A stretch of 64,000 bases of DNA from an uncultured Pseudomonadales bacterium (GCA_964457085.1 CAYWDM010000001.1:111690-175689); one strand, 5' to 3'. Counted from the stretch's first letter, positions 41,444 through 50,664 are shown. Translations and numbers: made by a program. The notes: generated from the letters alone by a model not told the origin.

Positions 41444-41565
41444 TAACTGGTGCATTGTACAAAAGATATCAGGGGAGAGCAAATAAATTACTGGCAAATT
41501 TAAAAAAATTAAGCCAAATAAGGATTATTCAAGGGGTGCGACTTACGCCGCACCCCAAGAAAAAA

Positions 41566-41760
41566 CTACTCTTTCTTTTTCTCCTTCGGTTGAACAACCC
41601 CACGGGTTGCCTTATCAACACCAACGAGTTGCGCGATGCCCCAAAGAGCAAGCAATACCTCGTCGATGAAACCAGGAACAAAAAGAGCGACTAAACCAAG
41701 CACAAGGAAAAGCAAAATGCGCTTGGCTGGGGACAGCGAACCTATCCCTTTGAAATTCAT
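41566..41760 (-). CDS. Small membrane protein (module 5)
   Basis: 64 aa, hydrophobic hairpin, AAGGAGG RBS. Confidence 0.7.
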   Translation of the reverse strand: MNFKGIGSLSPAKRILLFLVLGLVALFVPGFIDEVLLALWGIAQLVGVDKATRGVVQPKEKKKE

Positions 41761-41786
41761 AGAACTGCCTCCTTACTGAATGATGA

Positions 41787-43004
41787 TTAGTAGATCGGAG
41801 TGCTGTTACGCTCCGCATAACTAATTAGCCGCTTGTGAGCAGCCAATGAGCCATCTTTCTCGCCCGTTACAGCCCAGATCTCACCATTGACTAGTGCGAT
41901 CTCAGCTTGCTGAGGGTTTGTGGTAAAGCGCTCAAACCGCCGAGTACGGGTTTGCGATACATCTACCTTTGGATAGGGAGCCATCGGTAAACCGGTGAGC
42001 ACCCACTTCGAGGTGGTACCGCTGTCCATGGTTTCATCCGTGAAAGCGGCCTCGGACGATTTCTTGTCCTTAGCAGCCAACAAAACAGACGAAACTACAG
42101 TCAACGAACGGTCTCCAAAATCCCCAGCCACTCCCAATAGTTCTGAAACATACTGGATAGAGCTGGTATAGATACCGCCTGAGATCATGCCACCTTCAGC
42201 CGCCACAACCGTGGATCGACTGTGTGCCATAACAGCACGGGTAACAGAATCGCAAATAAACACCACATCATATCCTGCTTGTGTAAGTCGACGAGCTCGC
42301 TTCACAGCAAACTCGAAAACCTGCACCTGGATATGCAATGGATCCTCACGAGGAGAAGTGAAGAATTCACCACGCTCAGGACCAACCAGATCCCAAACTT
42401 TTTTGTAATCGGTGAAGTCTTCAGATCTTTCTCCTAGATGAAGAACAATGGGATACAACTTCGCATCTTCTTTCGTAAGACGAAGCAGTGCTTCCCATAA
42501 TGCCAGCAGAACGCTGGTTTTACCACTGCCGCCTGGGGCGGCTAGGTAAATGGACTGGCCTTTGCCAATCGGGGCCAACAAAGTCAGCACCCGCAAAGAC
42601 AAATTGCCAAACTTTTCCACTCTCAAAGGACGAGTGGGATAGTTGGCCCCGAGAAATATACGCTTGTCGCGCAAATCCTCAGCCTCGCCAACGATCCGTG
42701 GCCACGCAGAGACCATTGCTGGATCTGTGCAGCCATTAACCGAGATGATGCTGTCTGGACTCTCGGAACTGAGTTCAACCAAATCGCCTTCTTCCAGATT
42801 CCACCTTAACACCACCGATGGACTAACCACCAGTGAATATTGAGGAGCATTGGGAGATTGCGCTTGGTCAATCAGATGCTGACGCCGGTGAGTTCTGAGT
42901 TTCCCCAGATTTCCCGGTATTAACGTTGTGAGTGGCGGCACGCGTTCCCCGTAAACGAGGACTGCGTTTGGATCCACTCCTTGCTGAAGCACCCATGCTT
43001 TCAA
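41787..43004 (-). CDS. rho: Divergent transcription termination factor Rho-like RNA ATPase (module 5)
   Basis: LRVLTLLAPIGKGQ..APGGSGKT, GERSED, AVKRARRL...GYDVV...DSVTR, ISGG, N-terminal OB-like VSPSVVLRWNL..GD; AGGAGGT RBS and TTG start. Confidence 0.85.
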   Translation of the reverse strand: MKAWVLQQGVDPNAVLVYGERVPPLTTLIPGNLGKLRTHRRQHLIDQAQSPNAPQYSLVVSPSVVLRWNLEEGDLVELSSESPDSIISVNGCTDPAMVSAWPRIVGEAEDLRDKRIFLGANYPTRPLRVEKFGNLSLRVLTLLAPIGKGQSIYLAAPGGSGKTSVLLALWEALLRLTKEDAKLYPIVLHLGERSEDFTDYKKVWDLVGPERGEFFTSPREDPLHIQVQVFEFAVKRARRLTQAGYDVVFICDSVTRAVMAHSRSTVVAAEGGMISGGIYTSSIQYVSELLGVAGDFGDRSLTVVSSVLLAAKDKKSSEAAFTDETMDSGTTSKWVLTGLPMAPYPKVDVSQTRTRRFERFTTNPQQAEIALVNGEIWAVTGEKDGSLAAHKRLISYAERNSTPIY

Positions 43005-43219
43005 GGTTCACCTCCTGAGTGACTGAATGGGGTTTGACTCACCTCGCCTCTTTTTAAGGCATAGGGGAAAACTTAGTCCTATCAATTAATTTCAATAAGA
43101 CAAACTTTTCCCCTGTGCCAAATAATCCTTATTTGGCTGTTAAAGAACAAACACAACAAGAGAGCTTGGCCAACGGGCAAGGGGTGGAAAACCACCCCAA
43201 GCCCGAAGACACAAACTAA

Positions 43220-44209
43220 CTAACTTTCACGGAATGCGGGCCAGGGGTTTTCCATGGCTGGTGCATCGGTAGATGCAGGGATGACGGATTGACCATTTCT
43301 TCGATCCCAAATTCCAGGATCATCAGCTGTCAACAAGTCAATTACTTTGCCATCCTTTCCAACTTTTGCCCTTAGGGCCTCAAGATCAGCCACTTTGAAA
43401 GTGCCTGTTCTTAGGTTTCCTTGGAGCCCAACCTTGATTTTCTCTGCTTCCACAGCCAGAGCTCTAATGATTTGATTGGTCGACATGCACCAATCAACGC
43501 CACCAATGATGTTTGTGGCAAACTGCATGGCACTGGGAATGATTAGATACCCTGTGCCACTCTTCGAGTATAACAAGCGATTCCAGAGGTCCTGGAGGGC
43601 ACCAGTTCTACTCGGTCCCATGTTTTTGGTTAATCTGTCGATATCAGTTCCAGCCAATAACTCTTTGCAAGGAATTAGATCACCAAATGAAGCATCTGGA
43701 TCTTTCCCAAACAAAGTTGGCCTGACATTTATCTCCACCATAAACATGTTTGTGATTACCAACCGAGAATGCCGAGATTCCCAAGCTTTCACCCAATAGA
43801 TCAAGGGTAAAATGAAAAATGGCACTACGAAACCAACTAGAAAGTACCAGTAGTTCATTTCTGGCACCACTTCGCTGATCAACCCGGTGGTAACAATGAC
43901 ATAGAATCTATAGAGAAACTCTACAATGACGACCAATAGTCCGAAGACAAAGCCGGCACCAACAGCAGCCAGACTGGATGAGAACGTTACCCAACCAGCT
44001 GTTGCCATCAAATTCTTGTCAATGACAAGTTGGAGCTTTTCTCCTTCCTGCATAACCCAAGGCATAGAGCTTGGGAGCCACAGAAAATCAAAAACTTTGG
44101 AGATTAGAGGCTCTACTACCCGAACTATCCAGGCAATCAGAAACCAGAAAATCACCAATCCTACCACCGTCCAACCAATAGCTAGTAGGATCCTTACGAT
44201 GTTTTCCAC
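43220..44209 (-). CDS. Multi-TM membrane protein with possible bacterial PH-like domain (module 4)
   Basis: GTG start behind AAGGAGG; 3-4 TM segments then W....RLVITN. Confidence 0.75.
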   Translation of the reverse strand: MENIVRILLAIGWTVVGLVIFWFLIAWIVRVVEPLISKVFDFLWLPSSMPWVMQEGEKLQLVIDKNLMATAGWVTFSSSLAAVGAGFVFGLLVVIVEFLYRFYVIVTTGLISEVVPEMNYWYFLVGFVVPFFILPLIYWVKAWESRHSRLVITNMFMVEINVRPTLFGKDPDASFGDLIPCKELLAGTDIDRLTKNMGPSRTGALQDLWNRLLYSKSGTGYLIIPSAMQFATNIIGGVDWCMSTNQIIRALAVEAEKIKVGLQGNLRTGTFKVADLEALRAKVGKDGKVIDLLTADDPGIWDRRNGQSVIPASTDAPAMENPWPAFRES

Positions 44210-44281
44210 ACGTACCTCCTTTGTGGGTGGTACTCCTCTTACTTCCATACTCGCGAGAGTTGGGGAGCAGATGAAGCACCA

Positions 44282-44727
44282 TGAATGAAGTGGATTGACA
44301 CCGGTATCCTTCAAGAGGACACCGTCGGCCGTTCTGCTCCCTTTTTCGGAGCTAGGGCTTTGTCTCATTGTTTTTTTGTCACTGCATGTCATGGTTGACA
44401 TGTCTTGAGAAACAGTGACACAGAGCCCTAGCTATATATCTGAAAAAGAAGAGTGGAGAAACAAACCAAAAAAGAAGTTATCAGTTTTTTTATTTTAATA
44501 AAAACATCTTTGTTTTTATATATCTCTCTTGTTGTGTTGTTAAAGATCTACCAAGCAAAACAGTTGAGAACTATACGCAAACAGAGACGCAGTGTGATTT
44601 GTGTTATACAGATCACGGTCTCTGTTGCACCTCTCAACCGATTATATTTACTTGGTCACTGTTTCGACTTCGAGAAGTCTCATCAGGTCTAGGCAAAACC
44701 TAGACGACAGTGCACAACAAGAGAGTG
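44282..44727 (-). repeat. 446-bp identical direct repeat, copy 1 (structured junction/leader)
   Basis: Base-for-base match to 48142-48587 (offset 3860). Confidence 0.95.
44657..44712 (-). ncRNA. Type III hammerhead ribozyme, copy 1
   Basis: CACUG-UC/GUCUAGG-UUUUG-CCUAGAC-CUGAUGA-GACUU-CUCG-AAGUC-GAAA-CAGUG; predicted cut between 44706 and 44705. Confidence 0.92.
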
Positions 44728-44767
44728 TTGCTTGGACGGAGGGAGAAGAGCACAATGCCCAACTCCC

Positions 44768-46189
44768 TCACGGTCCAATCAACGCCGGTGCCGCACTAGT
44801 CGGTACCGTTTCAAAGATGAGTAAATCACCAGATTCTGACCACTTTGCAGTGATCTCATGGTCAGTAGTATTCTCAATCACTAAATCCGCACTCTGACAA
44901 TTTATGCCCACCGTGAAGATAGGATAAAATGGATAGAAAGTGTGAGAAGGAGCTTTGGCTACTACAAGACCTGGTACTTGGCTTGCCCAGTTTTTGATGA
45001 CTGAAGCATTGGCACAAATACCACCAGCACTGATGTTTGCCGCGAATTTATATTGATCCCAGCCGGTCTCGTTCGTCTGTTGACAGAACGACCAAGTGCC
45101 ATTGGCTGGAACTACTATTGTCTGGTTTAAAGTTGACCAAAGCGCTACGTTATAGGCTTGGCCATCTGCAACCGGGACATCGCGGGTGAGATTGATTGTC
45201 AATTGCCCTGAACCAGGTACGAGTGTACCTCCAGGTAGACCAGCAGCTGCATTACCAGCTTCGGCCTGCCAATTCTCTGGCAAGAGACCCATCTCTTGGA
45301 AAAACTGAATGCTTGCTGACTGGAAAAATGCATATTCTCCAGGAGAACCAAATGATAGGCTGGTCTGGACATCAAAACCGCCCAAACCTCGACCGGCATA
45401 AATATCAGCCGTCGCTACCAACTGACGTCGGTAGGGCTCATCGTGGTTCCACCCATAAAGAACCTTCACTCTTTCCTCTACAGTCATGTCAGAGCGATAA
45501 CCCATGCGATTTACTTCATAGGCCATTGCAAAAAACATGACTTTCTGGTCCCAGAAGTCACAAGATTTGACAACCGGGTCAGTTGAGGTTTGAAGCGCCA
45601 CCTTACAGATTCGCCAAGCAGTGGTGGGAATAAACCCACCAGCACCAAGCTCACCTGCAGACGCGTGCCCCAACCAATCTGAATAATCTGACTTGATGTA
45701 TTGAGCTGCCACTGGGTTATGAGCCCGAATGTCCTGCTCTTTCCATAAAGCCAATAACTCCAGGCCAGCTTCCTTTTCTTTAGCAGCTATGAGGTTTGTG
45801 TTCCCCATTGCTGATGCAAGACCAGGCGAGCTACCCAGATTTGTTCCGCCTGCACTTTCGCCGCTATGGAGAGACTGCAAAATGGCGAGGTCAAGCTGAC
45901 CTTTCCACTGAGCGTTCACCCATGTGATTGCGGCTTGAGCGTCAGCCACAGCTGTCGGATCAAGTCCGATCGCCTTTACCGTCACCTCGTCGGTGGCAGA
46001 GAGCGAGTAGGAGAGTTCCGACCGAACCCCGAGGATCTGAGCCATCATGCGCTCATAACCCTCGGGGTTGGTATCATGTTGGTACAACAGGTAGACGAAT
46101 CCACCCATCGGAACAACACAGCTGACGACTGTGGCCACCACGATCGCAAGCAAGATGAGTTTTTTTGATAAGTTACGATGTCGCCTCAC
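44768..46189 (-). CDS. Membrane-anchored lysozyme/lytic transglycosylase-like protein with C-terminal VanW-like domain (module 3)
   Basis: N-terminal TM; L..LHSGES, SAGELGAGGFIPTT; GGIC..AS.I, SH, DL.IEN.T. Confidence 0.7.
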   Translation of the reverse strand: MRRHRNLSKKLILLAIVVATVVSCVVPMGGFVYLLYQHDTNPEGYERMMAQILGVRSELSYSLSATDEVTVKAIGLDPTAVADAQAAITWVNAQWKGQLDLAILQSLHSGESAGGTNLGSSPGLASAMGNTNLIAAKEKEAGLELLALWKEQDIRAHNPVAAQYIKSDYSDWLGHASAGELGAGGFIPTTAWRICKVALQTSTDPVVKSCDFWDQKVMFFAMAYEVNRMGYRSDMTVEERVKVLYGWNHDEPYRRQLVATADIYAGRGLGGFDVQTSLSFGSPGEYAFFQSASIQFFQEMGLLPENWQAEAGNAAAGLPGGTLVPGSGQLTINLTRDVPVADGQAYNVALWSTLNQTIVVPANGTWSFCQQTNETGWDQYKFAANISAGGICANASVIKNWASQVPGLVVAKAPSHTFYPFYPIFTVGINCQSADLVIENTTDHEITAKWSESGDLLIFETVPTSAAPALIGP

Positions 46190-46191
46190 GG

Positions 46192-48081
46192 CTAATCGCT
46201 CCTACCTAAACTCTCTACCAACACAGCTGGCAGGTGAACCTGCAAATGTGCGAGTAATTCTTGCTCGGATTCGGCTTTCCCAAATCGTCTAGGATCGTAC
46301 ACGTCAGCCATTTGATGGCCATCGTTTCCCAAACGAACGAGAATACTGCAAGACTCTACGAAACCGGCTGGGAAGTCTTTCACCAGCTCTTCCACCGAGT
46401 GAACGGTGAAATAGATATGTTGCCGATCCTTACGGACCGTATCTACAGCTTCGCGCATCTTGAGACGCGCACGTGCACCCAGTTGAGGACCGGTTTGGCC
46501 CAAAAATGAGTCTGCTGCTGATGGAAAACTCACCATGTCATCGAAAACGACATGGATTGTCCTACCACTCTCAACAGTCCACAAAGCCCACGCCTGAGTT
46601 AGTGCCTCGTAAAAGGCAAGAACCCAATTGTAGTACCGTAGGCTGTTGACCTTAGGTCTAATTGCAAGTGGCAACCAGCTTTCACCAGTTGTTCTCCACT
46701 TTTCTGCCAGTTTCCTGACAAAATCTTGAGCCTTTGCCGAATCCTTACGGAACAGCTCCTGTTCAAGATCAATGGCAGTTCTGTCGCCCTCTCCCTGATT
46801 GACATCAGGAAGATCTATTTCAACGACTTGACCACCAAAGGCTTTCGACCATTTATGACTCCCCTCCTTATCAGCGCTTTTCAACTGAACAAATACAACG
46901 TCAGCTGATTGCTGCAACATATAGAATGCTGCAAGCGTTGATTTTCCCGTCCCAGATGGACCCTCGAAAATCGTTGAGGGATACCTGGAGGCGTTCAAGA
47001 AAAAGGGTTGCTCCGGTTTTGCCAATTTACCGATCATGGCATAACCGAATGAGTGAGCTGTCTTCGGGGAGACAGATTCAGCGAGTTTGGCAAGTAGCTT
47101 CTCCGGCTTTTTAAGCAGGAAAGGTTTCCAAGCAGGTGGGGGTTGGTGACCTACCATGAAGCCAAAGTGAGCCTCACGGACTGCATTCCCAGTCAACCGC
47201 TCCCAACCTGGACCAATCAAGTCAAGCCTATCTTGAAGTGAATCAAGATTTGTTTGACCATTACTCGCAACCGCACTTTCTGCTCGAATAACTAACCGAA
47301 CATAAGCACGATTTTCAACTCTTTCGAGATGAAGCAGCACGTCAACATTGAGTGCCAATAGCTCATCGAGCTGGCGCTGCAATTCTGAGAGCTGTTTTTC
47401 AGGGTCTTTTTCCAGAGTTGCTATCACCCCAGTCCAAAACCCTAGCGCCTTACTACCTAGAAGCACATCGCTCATTCGCCAGCGGATAGCCAGCGGTGCA
47501 GCAATTAACTCGGGTTGTAAGGTGCCTGTGTACGTCATCGAAGACAGGTCAGCGTTATTTCTGCCATACTGACTTCGATTAAGCGTTGCCCGGACGAAGT
47601 TTCCTGATTCATGGTACGAAACCAGGTGACCTTCCGCAAAACGGCGCTGCTTATCTAAATGACGGCGAATGTTCAACCATGGTGCCCAAAGAACCAATTC
47701 TCTACCAAAAGGTTTTGAACCGGTGGGCACAGCCCATTCACTGACAGAAGCCAGGAATTCGGCGTATGGTTGGATCGCCTGCTTGCGTAGTTGCGCCTGG
47801 CGCAACATCTCCTTAAACGTCCCAGTGTCTTTCGGCACAGCACGAAAAAGAAGAGTAAACTCAGGCAACAATCTTGTCAGCTGCGCCAGATCAGGAACAC
47901 CACGGTTAAAATACACCGCCGCATTCCATCCCTTTTGAGCCTCATGACTGTCACTAACGTACCTACGGGAAAATCCCGCAGCGCCACCATCCAATGATGC
48001 TATCTGAAGATCGATCATTTGTCTTGATTCGACCAACTGATTTCTCACTGGTACTGGCAATTGAGAACCTAACGTGGCCAC
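46192..48081 (-). CDS. VirB4/FtsK-HerA-like P-loop ATPase (module 3)
   Basis: GTG start behind AAGGAGG; Walker A GPSGTGKS, Walker B HVVFDD, RK....hhhTVHS. Confidence 0.75.
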   Translation of the reverse strand: MATLGSQLPVPVRNQLVESRQMIDLQIASLDGGAAGFSRRYVSDSHEAQKGWNAAVYFNRGVPDLAQLTRLLPEFTLLFRAVPKDTGTFKEMLRQAQLRKQAIQPYAEFLASVSEWAVPTGSKPFGRELVLWAPWLNIRRHLDKQRRFAEGHLVSYHESGNFVRATLNRSQYGRNNADLSSMTYTGTLQPELIAAPLAIRWRMSDVLLGSKALGFWTGVIATLEKDPEKQLSELQRQLDELLALNVDVLLHLERVENRAYVRLVIRAESAVASNGQTNLDSLQDRLDLIGPGWERLTGNAVREAHFGFMVGHQPPPAWKPFLLKKPEKLLAKLAESVSPKTAHSFGYAMIGKLAKPEQPFFLNASRYPSTIFEGPSGTGKSTLAAFYMLQQSADVVFVQLKSADKEGSHKWSKAFGGQVVEIDLPDVNQGEGDRTAIDLEQELFRKDSAKAQDFVRKLAEKWRTTGESWLPLAIRPKVNSLRYYNWVLAFYEALTQAWALWTVESGRTIHVVFDDMVSFPSAADSFLGQTGPQLGARARLKMREAVDTVRKDRQHIYFTVHSVEELVKDFPAGFVESCSILVRLGNDGHQMADVYDPRRFGKAESEQELLAHLQVHLPAVLVESLGRSD

Positions 48082-48141
48082 AGTACCTCCTTGTGGGGGT
48101 ACCTCGTCTCGCTCCTTTTGAGGGGAACAAAACAAAGTACC

Positions 48142-48587
48142 TGAATGAAGTGGATTGACACCGGTATCCTTCAAGAGGACACCGTCGGCCGTTCTGCTCC
48201 CTTTTTCGGAGCTAGGGCTTTGTCTCATTGTTTTTTTGTCACTGCATGTCATGGTTGACATGTCTTGAGAAACAGTGACACAGAGCCCTAGCTATATATC
48301 TGAAAAAGAAGAGTGGAGAAACAAACCAAAAAAGAAGTTATCAGTTTTTTTATTTTAATAAAAACATCTTTGTTTTTATATATCTCTCTTGTTGTGTTGT
48401 TAAAGATCTACCAAGCAAAACAGTTGAGAACTATACGCAAACAGAGACGCAGTGTGATTTGTGTTATACAGATCACGGTCTCTGTTGCACCTCTCAACCG
48501 ATTATATTTACTTGGTCACTGTTTCGACTTCGAGAAGTCTCATCAGGTCTAGGCAAAACCTAGACGACAGTGCACAACAAGAGAGTG
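48142..48587 (-). repeat. 446-bp identical direct repeat, copy 2
   Basis: Identical to 44282-44727. Confidence 0.95.
48517..48572 (-). ncRNA. Type III hammerhead ribozyme, copy 2
   Basis: Same sequence as copy 1; predicted cut between 48566 and 48565. Confidence 0.92.
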
Positions 48588-48629
48588 AGAGAAGGTGGGC
48601 ATCTTACGACGCCCACCTCTTCACATTTA

Positions 48630-48929
48630 CTACTGCTTTAATCTCCACTCTTCGTCTTCATGTCCTTTACCGCTTTCTTCACACTGACGCATATAGCGTC
48701 GATTTTTAATCCACCCAGGAATTCGAGTGAGCATGAAAATTACGGCAATAACTCCAAACACTTGGTACGTATATTTGGAATAATTAAACATGAGAACAAT
48801 CACGGCGCCACCAACCATAGCGATCACTTTCGTAATCAATGGCAATCCGTGCGAGCGATCGAACCACTCGTAGCGAGATCTTTTTAGCCAACGCTTGATT
48901 CCTCGAATCACTGGAGATGACGTGTTCAT
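48630..48929 (-). CDS. Small two-TM protein, VirB3/PrgI-like by size and position (module 2)
   Basis: 99 aa, two TMs, start overlaps the upstream stop (ATGA). Confidence 0.65.
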   Translation of the reverse strand: MNTSSPVIRGIKRWLKRSRYEWFDRSHGLPLITKVIAMVGGAVIVLMFNYSKYTYQVFGVIAVIFMLTRIPGWIKNRRYMRQCEESGKGHEDEEWRLKQ

Positions 48930-50287
48930 GGTAGATCATCTCCATCGCTAATCACGATCGTATCCTTACCGGTAAACGGGTCGGATGCTGACTGCGAAGC
49001 GGAATCATCGAAATTGCTGGACAAATCACTTGGCCCTGTAGGCAGCACGTCGTCATCTGACACCAAAGTGTCTGAGACTATTGTTGCTGTAGTTGTGCCA
49101 ACTTGAGTGATTGTCCCTTCGATTTGCGTTTGGGTAGTGGGCAACTCATCCAGCTTGTCCACATCGTCACTGACGACAATCGTAGCCGCATCAACCGAAG
49201 CTGAACGACTCTTCTCATCACCGGTTTCGATTACGGGCAGCTCATCTTCTAAATCATGAGAGTCTGCCCCGTAAACCACTTGCTTAGGTGAATCCGAAAA
49301 TTCATCGTTTGCTGTTTCCTTAACCTGACCATCGACGACTCCGCTAGTTGCAGAGAGAAGACCGTCATTGGGAGGATAAGCATAGATGACATCAGAGTCG
49401 CCTTGTGGACCGTTGCCACCACTGCCACCACCGTCCACACCATCATCCGAAGAATTAGGCGTGAAAGGAAAAGGCACGAATGTTGCTGTGCTAGAAGCAT
49501 CAGCTCCAGTACCTTCGGCGGGCAGTTCGTCTTGAGCTGATTCTTGCTCGTCAGCGCTTTCACTTGGCATATAAACAATCGCCAAGATCGGCGGCAAAAA
49601 GTAAGTAACCAACCCCAGAATTAGCATTGTCACCAGATAAATCAGGTTAAACGCAACAAAGCTGCTCACGATCGCATTATCCGGACGGATGCTGCCAAGC
49701 AATTCTGTCACATTTTTGACCACTTCTGGTGCCAGTATCCAACCAGCAATACTCGCCGCAGCAACCCCAAGAGGCCGCCACGACCAAGTCATTATCGCGA
49801 CCGCAACACAGATGATGAGCACCACTGAGGTGACAATCTGCATCGCAGCATGAAATAACGGCCAGTTGAGAATGAACGACAACGCCCATATGAAACTGAG
49901 TGGGTTGGTGTCACCGACTGGAATCGGAAACGTCCAACCCAACTGAGTAGCAATCCAGCTGAGCGTGAGCGCCTCAGGCCAAGTAGCTCGGCCGAGTTGC
50001 TCAATGGCTGGTAAGATATAAGGGAGTATTCCTACCCCAAACATCAAACCAAACATTTTACGGACTTTACCCCAATTTTGTTTCTTCAAGCCAGAAATAA
50101 TGCCGAGTAAAGCAATCGGCACAAGGCACTGAAGAACAGAGAGCAACCCTTTGGCTGCAGATTGGGATAGATTGATGAACGCCATGCTTTTTAAGGGCAC
50201 CGCGTCATCAATTGCCCGATCGATTGCGCCACATCCCGAAAGAAATAGCATCGAAAGGGTTAGAATGATCGCGACCCTGAGTTTCAT
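48926..50287 (-). CDS. Polytopic membrane lipoprotein with acidic low-complexity tail, VirB6-like (module 2)
   Basis: MKLRVAIILTLSMLFLSGC lipobox, several TMs, D/S/T-rich C-terminus. Confidence 0.7.
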   Translation of the reverse strand: MKLRVAIILTLSMLFLSGCGAIDRAIDDAVPLKSMAFINLSQSAAKGLLSVLQCLVPIALLGIISGLKKQNWGKVRKMFGLMFGVGILPYILPAIEQLGRATWPEALTLSWIATQLGWTFPIPVGDTNPLSFIWALSFILNWPLFHAAMQIVTSVVLIICVAVAIMTWSWRPLGVAAASIAGWILAPEVVKNVTELLGSIRPDNAIVSSFVAFNLIYLVTMLILGLVTYFLPPILAIVYMPSESADEQESAQDELPAEGTGADASSTATFVPFPFTPNSSDDGVDGGGSGGNGPQGDSDVIYAYPPNDGLLSATSGVVDGQVKETANDEFSDSPKQVVYGADSHDLEDELPVIETGDEKSRSASVDAATIVVSDDVDKLDELPTTQTQIEGTITQVGTTTATIVSDTLVSDDDVLPTGPSDLSSNFDDSASQSASDPFTGKDTIVISDGDDLP

Positions 50288-50297
50288 GGTCGCACTT

Positions 50298-50546
50298 CTA
50301 CTTGATACTGGAGACGAGGTTTGTGATGAGCAAACCAATCCCCTGTGTCAGTGGACCGCTGGTGATGATATCCTTGGCTGCAAAAGCTGAAAGCGCCAGG
50401 ACAAACCACATCGCGACGACGACAGAAGTGTCGCCCCAAGAGGTCATCTTCTTGACCTTATTCACAGACTCGGGGAACACAGTGACCACACCAAACACTA
50501 TCATGGCGCTGATCAGAGCCGTACCGAAGTTGATTAAAGCTTGCAT
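50298..50546 (-). CDS. Small hydrophobic protein, possible VirB2-like pilin (module 2)
   Basis: 82 aa, 2-3 hydrophobic helices, AAGGAG RBS. Confidence 0.65.
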   Translation of the reverse strand: MQALINFGTALISAMIVFGVVTVFPESVNKVKKMTSWGDTSVVVAMWFVLALSAFAAKDIITSGPLTQGIGLLITNLVSSIK

Positions 50547-50591
50547 GTTTACTCCTTATTTCTGAATGGTTGAATGGATTGACGATTGGAA

Positions 50592-50664
50592 CAACGACGG
50601 GCGTCTTGCGACGCCGTGAGGATGCCCCATCTAGGGGCGGACAATTTGTGCGATATGCACCTCC
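50592..50664 (-). repeat. 73-bp structured leader element, copy in module 2
   Basis: Near-identical to 51512-51584 with pairing-preserving differences. Confidence 0.9.

Noticed and set aside
44210-48261. Two ORFs in the track share an identical 40-aa N-terminus (MSTMTCSDKK...), suggesting a shared leader peptide
   Set aside because: The shared stretch is the non-coding 446-bp repeat; strong AAGGAGG sites point to GTG starts at 44209 and 48081
44453-48552. Duplicated 79-aa plus-strand ORFs (44453-44692 and 48313-48552)
   Set aside because: Antisense to the hammerhead, boxA and hairpins, with no convincing RBS or protein features
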